This document shows positions 55,202-64,000 of a stretch of 64,000 nucleotides of DNA, piece by piece. A program made the position numbers and the translations under genes. The stretch is from positions 3,344,587-3,408,586 of the forward strand of contig CM120648.1 in assembly GCA_051362555.1 (NCBI GenBank), written 5' to 3'. The notes below the pieces were generated by a model. That model ran no database searches. It saw only the letters and a program-made list of their open reading frames with translations, and was not told the DNA's origin. Position 1 is the stretch's first letter, and every line of letters begins with the position of its first letter. Source of the DNA: Lingula anatina (lineage: Eukaryota; Animalia; Brachiopoda).

Positions 55202-55457
55202 GGGACCATTCCCAGACCCTATCGTACTAACTGTGGATCGATCTATCTCCAAGAGAATTCCCACTAAATTGCAAGCAGCTTAAGCGGCTTAGATGTCTGA
55301 CACGCCTACTGAAGCTGCAAGGGGGTAATTAATTATGGTTTGCAGCTTCAGTAGGCATGCCAGACATCTAAGCTGCTTAAGCTAAAAGCAATTTAGTGAG
55401 AAACCCCTTGGAGATGGATCGATCCCACTAGATCGATCTAAGTATGGGAACCCAGTC
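55202..55457. mobile_element. Rearranged member of the GATCGATC MITE family
   Basis: TTA on both sides; shares aagctgcaagggggtaattaa; internal inverted arms gcttagatgtctg...ctactgaagctgcaa. Confidence 0.7.
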
Positions 55458-56273
55458 TTAGTGCATCTTTTGACAGGTTTTAAGTTGACTTGAAATTTGC
55501 TGTATGCAAATTGTCCCTTTCAAATTTTGATTGCTTTTACTTATCTCAGCATGATGTAATGTTATCGACATACTCTGTAATGTGTTGAAGGTTTGAATGG
55601 TTATGTAATCGTATCTGTCTTCCATTATCAGGCAGACTTTGGGGGGGGGAACTTATTTACTTTTCACAATACAATTCCTTCATCAATATCACACTCGTAT
55701 GTCAGAGTAATCAAGGCTGTGGATAATTGCAGAAAGTTAAGAAGTCCTCTTAATTTTTTTTTGTTGTTATCATCTTTTTGAAATATGTACTGGTATGCAG
55801 CCCCGTTTTCGATTTATATGATGTTATCATCCCCACTGAACAATGTAGAGAAAGAAATCTACTCCTTCACATTGAAACCTTGAGCTAACAACATTTTAAA
55901 GTCCTTGTAAACCAAGTGGAAGATTTTAATGGAGCTGATTTTGACCTAATTGTGGTTGCGTTTTTTTTTTTTTTTTTTTTTTTTTCCTTTCTTAAACTTT
56001 TGTCATTGTTGTGCTGGGCTACATTATGTGAGCCATGATTTATAAGCCCCAGGGTCCCTTTCGTAACTGTAGCATGGAAAATTGTCAAAATTGTCTGTTA
56101 TAGTTTTGTTATCGTTGTTGCCACAATATATTAACCGTTTCCTAAGCCAATGGGCCAGTTTTGTAACCATGCATGCCTCATAAAGGATGAGTGAGGTTTG
56201 TGACTTGGAGACGCTACCAGTTTTATAACTCTAACCTCACTGAATTAAAGACTACTTTTTATGAATTTGAATG

Positions 56274-56471
56274 CAATTTCATTGTCATCATCATCATCAT
56301 CATTCCTCTTCATCCCGTGTGGGACATAAGGCCACACAATTTCATTGTCATCATCATCATCATTCCTCTTCATCCCGTGTGGGACATAAGGCCACACAAT
56401 TTCATTGTCATCATCATCATCATCATTCCTCTTCATCCCGTGTGGGACATAGGGCCACACAATTTCATTGT
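56274..56471 (-). mobile_element. Three tandem ~50-bp RTE-like LINE 3' ends separated by a shared 12-bp target duplication
   Basis: The minus-strand unit reads VALCPTRDEEE* followed by a (TGA)n tail; CAATTTCATTGT occurs four times, bracketing each unit. Confidence 0.65.
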
Positions 56472-59400
56472 ACAATTGCAAAATACTAGCTATGAAAGTT
56501 GTATTATTAACTGCAATCAATTTGTGAGGTCTTGGCCAGCTTTAATCAAGGTTCCTCGCCGTTTACAGGTTTTTTTTTCTCAACTGCAAACTATTTTCAA
56601 TATGGCAGAAGAATCAAGGAGCTGTACGTTAGAACTTTTAGTGTTTCCAAGTCAGAAAAAATTATATTTTCTTTTCTTTTTTCATCAGTAATGAAAAAAA
56701 AATTATTCTTGATGTCCACATCAATGAGCTTTAAAATGGCTAGGGTATCATGAACAGAATTTGAGGGGGGGAAAGGATATTAGTTGCCAAGATCACTCAA
56801 TGCTTGGACTACAAATTTGTTTTGAAACTAACATTCTTGAAGAAAAAGGGTATTGTAGCCTGCTATTTGGGCATAACTGTGGTTTTGGTGAGTTGTCAAC
56901 ATTTCATGGTTTTGTGTTGTAACTGTTTTGGAGAGTCATAACATTGTGAGCAACGATCTTAGCCCTCTGGGACGGTTTTATAACTAGCCGGAAAACTGGT
57001 GAAATTTTGTAGATCCAAAATATGGCCCACTTTTTTCATTATCATGCCTGGCCACACTATGTGAGTTATGACTTTATAAAGGGCTATGGGCCACTATAAT
57101 TTTGTAACAAGCCTGGAAAATGGTCTAATTTTTAAGACCAACAGTGTAGTATATTTCAATTCAGTTCTTTTTTGTTATGCCACATTATGTATTCGTGTAA
57201 CGCTGTGCCAGTTTCGTAACTAGCCAGAAAAATTGGCAAAAACCTTCAGCCAGACCAAAAATTTGGCCAACTCACATTATGCGAGATATGGTCTAAGCCA
57301 TTGTGCCAGTTTCGCAACCATGTTTCGTAAGCAAATATTAATAATTTGACTTGGATGCATGGCCAGTAAGTCTCATAACTCTCGACCGGAAATCGGTCAA
57401 TTTTTTTTTTAATGGCCTATTTCAGATGTGTATTAGGTCTCAGAAATAACATTGGGCTGGGCCATGGCATTCTAGTTATAAAAAAGCATAGTATTTCATT
57501 TAATTAATTAAATGGACTTTCACGTATTTATTTTGGGGGGAAAGTGAATTAAATTCAAGGGGTTTAAAGTTTAAAACCAGTGTAAAGCCATAGTTTTTCA
57601 TTATTATTAATTTTTTAAGAAACTGCTCCCTGCATGACCTCGTAGGATTGGCAATCCAGCTCTTTATTATCTTATTTCTGATTATTATTTTATATTTTTT
57701 AAATATTTTTTAGGGCGAAATATCGATTTCACTACATAGTGCATCAAAGCATTGTAATAAGCATCTTGCAATAATAACCGCACAGGAAGAATCCAACATT
57801 TCCATTATAATCCTACCTCAAGTGAGGGGCAGTAGGGTGAAGTGGTGGCCTATTCTTACATAATGATCATTGGTTGTGTACTTAAAGTGTTAAATGGGAA
57901 ATTAAGTGTGTGCGTGCCAGAAGAGAATACAAGTTCTGCAAGGGCTTAATAAGGCATGCTACGGCATAAGAGAGTTACATATTTACAGTTTAAAGGGGTC
58001 AAGAGTAAAGGACTGGGGACATCCTTTTCCTTCACCCTGTAAGTTTAGGTGCAGTCGGCATTACGCCACAGCCAAATAATGGTGATGACTCAATCTTTTC
58101 AGTGGGGAAAATTATGAGTTATATAGCTGTATTTTTTGAAAGTCATAAACCCTTGAAATAAGATCATTCCTATTGAGTGGTAGCAACAAAAATGAAAGGC
58201 AGGCTACCTCAAAGTTTTCTTCTATACAGCAAAAGTACCACAGTTACTACACAGAAATAGATTTATAATGATTCTAAAATTATGTATCTGAAATATTAAA
58301 TTAATATTTTTACCTATTGAAAAGAACAAGTTATTACCATATTCCAAATTACTCTTTAATCTGTGGGGAACTAAAGTGATGAATAATTGAGATTAAGACA
58401 AATGAAAATGTGTATGATAAAAAAAGAACATCTCTTATAAAGAGGTAGCTAATGGGCTTTTATTATCACTATTTCACAGGAGACAATAAAAAATGTAATT
58501 GATGAACCTAATAGGAAATGTATATGGGCGCGTTCACAATGAAACTCTCATTCTACTAGATTGATCCAATTCAGCTTAAGCGGCTTAGTGAGTCTCTTCA
58601 CAGTAAAACCTATGTGTGTTCTCAGAACAAATATTGTTTTAGAGTGGACCTCTTCCCAGTCAAGAGGGTGGTTCATTTAAACCCCCTCCCCGCCCCAACA
58701 GCCCATCCCTATTCCCCCTCCACCCCTACCCCCACCCCCACCACCATAGACCTGAAGTAGGTACATAGAGAGCCCACTATGCTGACACCTCCAAAACCAG
58801 TGGGAAATCAATTACATTGTGTGGTTTATCACCCAAATCTAAAAAATGTACAAGATAAGGGCAGTGCCCAACATTGTTTTAATTAAAATTAAAGTGGCAT
58901 GAAGATTAAGTAGCAGTTTAATTGGGTTTGGTTGCATTCATATAAAACTTCTAAGAATATCTCAGGAATGGGTTTTAGGCACACCCCAGGAAGTAGACAG
59001 CTTGATTGCAATCAATTCATTGGTCAGCTTTAAGAAACAAAATACCCATCACTAGCAATTATAGTCATGTTAGCGTCTTCTGTTTCTCAGTCCCCATGCC
59101 CAATTTAGCTAAATGTCTATGTATGTTATATAAACATATACATGTACGTATGAAAAAACTAATAGTGTACAGAGTCTGTAAAATGCAATTTGTAAGCATT
59201 TTAGTGGGCAATACAGTATAATTATTATCATAACATTGGGGGATAACATTTTATAACAAATAAACAGAGTTTTGTAAGGAGCCCATTCAAGAACAACTTA
59301 AGCCATTATTACATGTCTCAGGTTTCAATGTTAAATTCCTAGTACTCGTTGTATAAAGTGTGTGGAGGCTTTCAGGTCATTCCATAAATAGGGCTGGAGT

Positions 59401-59689
59401 TGGGTTAGTGATGCACACATTTTGTGTGATATATATGTAACTGTTTTATATCAATTCTTAATTACTGCTGATTTTTTTCCATGGGGGTGGGGGGGGGGGG
59501 GGGAGTGCTGTGGTATCAAGCAGAGACAATTATGAGACAGCTCAGAATGTTGCAAATATTTCAAACTGATGCAGATGTTTACTTTTTCTTGTGGAGGGAC
59601 TCCTTCTAATCTAAATTATAATAAATTAAAATACGTCAGTATAAAAAATGATTGTTGGGTCATATAAACCTTTTGTAAAAATGTGCTAA

Positions 59690-59724
<35 letters not shown>

Positions 59725-62206
59725 ACACCTGAAGTTTAGTGTGCCTAACAGTTGACTTGGTTATTGCTAATAAATGAGCCAGAATGAAAGCAGAAAGTTA
59801 ATTAAGTAGAAGTCAGATAGTAAGGCATGCTCACTGATAAACAGGGTGTGATAAGATTAAAGTTTAACAATAGCAGAAATAGATTAAATTGGATTTCTGG
59901 GGTATAACTGGATGTTGGCCTTTAGAAAGATATTACGTTATGCCTGGAAAAACAGAACTGTTTAAAAATTTTTGTGAGAATATGATTTGATGGATAAAAT
60001 TATGGTTTAATAAGTGACAATTTGGAACAACTGTGATCAAAGGATGAAGTCTGTTACAGTAGGGAAAGATGAACTGAAAAATCCTAGAGTTATGAAGTTA
60101 TTGGTGAGTTATTAGATGTCAGTCTTTTTTTAGATGCACTCGACCAAAAAAGTTTGGAAACATGAAATTTGCAATAAGTAAAAAACTGTGTTATTTAGTG
60201 GGGAAAATCTTCAATGTATATAAAAGAGTAACAAATGGTGAGAGCGTTATCCATCAATATTTGGTTAAAATATTTACCTCAGCTCATATGGTTATTTTAT
60301 AATTATTAAAAGTACAATTAAAAACTACAGTTAGAACTACAACTACAATAAAAACTACAATAGATCTTGAATCAGGCCTTTTAGAAAGAGTTTTTTAAAT
60401 AACCACTTTTTTCGGCTGAAAAAATTGTTGCTCGGAATCAAAATTTGGTCTTGGTTCTCCACCATTTTTCAAGTCAACTGAATGGCTAAAAAGGTCTTCC
60501 TCTTCAGAAAAACCACTCCCCCCCCCTCTTTGAAATCCCTTGCTACAGGCCTGCGTCTGGGTTGAAATAGCCTTATATTTTCTGTTGCATACAGGAAATT
60601 AATGTGGAAAAACAAACATGTCGATTTAACAATTTGATGTGCAGCACGCCCAGAGGCAGATACAACTTAGTATCCATGTGTATTTACTCAAATCAGCATG
60701 TAAGAAACACAAGTTATTTCCTCATTTAACTGAAGGCCTTGGATCTGAAATTCTCCTCCCTGTGAGTTGTTTGAATAAATAACACATCTGTAACATTAAT
60801 ATAGCAGTTAAATCCACAACTTTTATAAGCCCTGCTTGCATACAAGAGTTAGGGCGCGTTCACACTTGACTTTTGGGGATTGCTCACAAACGGATGATAA
60901 TTTGAAGGTTATCAGGTGCAAATGAGGTATTTTTAATCCAAAACAGCAAAAGTTGATTGCTTGATTACATGCTGTGCATGACCATGCTAGTTGGTCAAGA
61001 CTTTTATGTCAAAGGGCTTTGTAAGTAAGCTGGATTTGGAAGCGAAGTATATAACTGAACGTAAACAGGTCTTGGGAATGTTTTGAGGGTTTTAATATCA
61101 CAACAAAGAGCACTTGCATCACTTTGTGCGGGCTGTTTACTGAGGAAGGAGTTATGAAGTACTTCCTATTCAGACCAATGTAGCACTTCTAAAGTGGTGT
61201 GTTTTTCTTCCTCAGAGGTAAATTGCTCCTTGGTGTTCTGCACTTTACGGCAGTGTTTGGCTTCTTTAAGCTGATCAAAAGGACCGCTGGCCCGGGTCGT
61301 TAGCCTCTTGACCTGCGGTTACAGCCCTCTGTGATGTCCGACAAATCAAAAGTGTGTACAGAGATGTGCCCCGCGACTATATCAAAGCTGGCCCCTTCAC
61401 AAAGGCAGTCCATTAGATATCAAAATGTTTTGGTTGTCTGGAATGGGAGGGTGGCCCAGTTGTCTGTATGGCGTCATTTTCAGATTTAGATATGATGTTG
61501 GTGCTTCCTTCTATGGATGTTAAAGCTGGCTCTTCTCTTTTTTAGTTTTTTAAAAATATTTTTGGCTGAAGCAACCCTTTTTGGTCCCCTCCTCTCTCTC
61601 TCTTTCTCTCTCTCACTTACCCTCACAAGCATATGCACACTCAAAACATATATATAATATAAAGAAAAAAAAATTGGAGAAAAGTAGGTCTCTCTCCCAA
61701 CCAGAAAATCAGTGAGAAGACCCTTTTTCTTTGGGTACTTGTATATTTTAAACCCAACTATCTTGGTTGAAAAAAGAACTAGAATGAAACTTCTGGCCTC
61801 TTTGTAATTGGAAATTTATTCTTTAAGGTGCTCATCCCTAAGAGATGTTGTTCAGTTCAAATAATATATGCCCTTCTTTAACAGCTACCCAGGACGAAAC
61901 CCCAGACGTGAAAATTGGTGTAGTTTACATCAAGCTGAATGAAGTAGTTAATTATACTTTCTGCTTGTCAAGTTCCAGTCTTAGCAGAGTGCATTTGTAT
62001 GCTTTTCAGAGCTACTTCAAGGAGATCATTTTGCTTCTTTATAGAAACCCACAAGCTCCTGTTTTTTTTTCTCCTCCTTTTTTTCTTGCCATAGTATTTG
62101 TACATTTGTGCATTCCATAGTGATGTCTGTACTTTTTTCTTTATATATACAGAGTAGAACATTATCTCTTAAACGAGTTTAAAATCCTTCAAGGCACTGG
62201 AGTTTG

Positions 62207-62245
<39 letters not shown>

Positions 62246-62714
62246 ACATACACACTCATTAAATTAATTCACTCTCTGCTCCTCACAGTTGGGGTTTCAT
62301 CAGTTAAAAACGTCACTAATAACACTGATGAACAAATAGGAATAAAAAAGACACCCCAGGTGACCAGTAAACCAACACCTCGGTGTGTGCGGTCATCTAT
62401 CATAGTGGACATCAGAGGTTGAATGAAACCACTCGCCAACTGTCCAGTCCACTTCAAAAGCCATTCAAGTCTGAAGATGAAGTGTCTGTCTATTTCAAGG
62501 GTCAGCCACTCAGAACAATGGTCTGATTGAAGTGGTCATTGTTGTCTTATTTGAAGGGTGATTGATTGTGTGGAGTTTTTTTTTTTTTTTTGGTGGGGGG
62601 GGGGGGGTAGTGTTTGGTGGTCTCTCTTTTCTCTTATGCCACCTCTTGCTTGCTCATTAGCCCCCACACAGTTACATTTATATATGTGTACTTAATAGTT
62701 GTGGACATGTGCAT

Positions 62715-62759
<45 letters not shown>

Positions 62760-63801
62760 AAAAAACAAATCATCCCACAGGCACCCATTACAACCCTCTA
62801 CTTCGTATTTTCTTAAATGCTAGTGATGGGACAGATTATTTCCCCAAGTGGAGAAAAGCTCTATAGCTGATTGTTGCCCAATATTTTTCAATTGCCTCAC
62901 ATTTTCTAGTATTTTCAAAGCATTTACCATTTACAGATGCACACAGCAGTGGGCTTTTTAAGCAAATGAAGACAACTAACTTAAAGTTTTTTGAATCAGC
63001 GTTTCAAAGTTTAACTCTGAAGACTTTTTTTTTTTTTGGGGGGGGGGGGGAGGTGATTTATTCATCGTGCTCCAAATATACTGTGTACTTACCAAGGGTT
63101 CCCAGCCATGTGTGAAATGGAAGCTGGTACTGTGGAGGGGTCTATTAAAGTGACATAAAAAATACAGTACTGTTCATCAAATGAAGACCGGGTTCAAGTG
63201 GATAAGTGACTCTGGAGTGAATAAAAGAGAGGGAGGTTAGCTGTGAGGAGAGGTAAATTAGGGAAAATGTGGAAAAATTTTTGTGATACAAGAAGTCATA
63301 CATTTTTCACCAATTCAGTCTTTGTGTTTTGTTATTTCAAGCAATAATTGAAAGGGGTTTAATTCTCTCTTTGAGAAAAAAAAATGACTCATTGAAATAA
63401 AAACAATTGATTTAAAAAAATGAGGAAAAGTCTAAATTGTACTGACCTTTACGAGTATTGGACCAAGTGCAAAAATGACGAAAGACTGTTAAGTTTGTTG
63501 AATTGCTTGAGTAGTTGTATTGGTAGTGTTGTGGGAATTATCAGTAAGTAAAATAGTACAGAGTAGAATCAAGTGGAAACAGCAGTAATGCTCAAAAATG
63601 CTCTGATGCAAACTAAGTAGCAGTAGACCGTGGATTCATGTTTTTAGGAGGTGGACAAAAGTGTACTCCCTCACCACTATTTGCAAAACTTTTTGGGGGC
63701 TTATTTTTGGAGGGTTTGGAATCAGTCTTGAATCCTCCAGTAGTTGTTTCCATAAACTTACTTTGTAAAAAGGTGAAGAGGGGTTCACACACACACAAAC
63801 A

Positions 63802-63833
<32 letters not shown>

Positions 63834-64000
63834 ATTATTATTTGTATAAGGCACAAATATAGGTACCCAAAAATGACGTATTTTATAGAGAGAAATAATA
63901 TGTAGGTTAACATTTATACAAGATTGAAATATCTCTGTGGTCAACCCAAGCTCTCAGATAACGGGCCATTCCTAATGAAACTAGCAGTGTACATGGAATG

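Noticed and set aside
56274-56471. CRISPR-like repeat-spacer appearance and His-rich ORFs
   Set aside because: The 'spacers' are near-identical, the context is eukaryotic and there are no cas genes; the ORFs derive from (CAT)n.

Overview
AT-rich, intron-rich eukaryotic (invertebrate-like) genomic DNA; the species cannot be determined from the sequence. It contains four protein-coding genes. (1) The 3' part of PEX5 (+, 8 clear exons, 2251-7290). (2) A two-exon secreted peritrophin-A/CBM14-like chitin-binding protein (-, 9550-10636). (3) The 5' part of an ACAP/centaurin-beta ArfGAP (+, 10 BAR-domain exons, 14454-44483, continuing beyond the window). (4) A secreted LRR protein with a single coding exon (-, 50517-52316), nested antisense in an ACAP intron. 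The introns hold many MITEs (Harbinger-like, Merlin-like, 5-bp-TSD hAT-like), an internally deleted hAT transposon, an RTE 3'-end array and microsatellites. The most striking observation is that the PEX5 stop (TGA-C) is followed directly by 350 further in-frame sense codons, a candidate very long stop-codon-readthrough extension. Other leads are a PEX5 cassette exon in the TPR hinge, an ACAP microexon, a BAR-only ACAP terminal exon, and a spliced in-frame mini-transposase. All gene models were read by eye, without database searches or transcript data.
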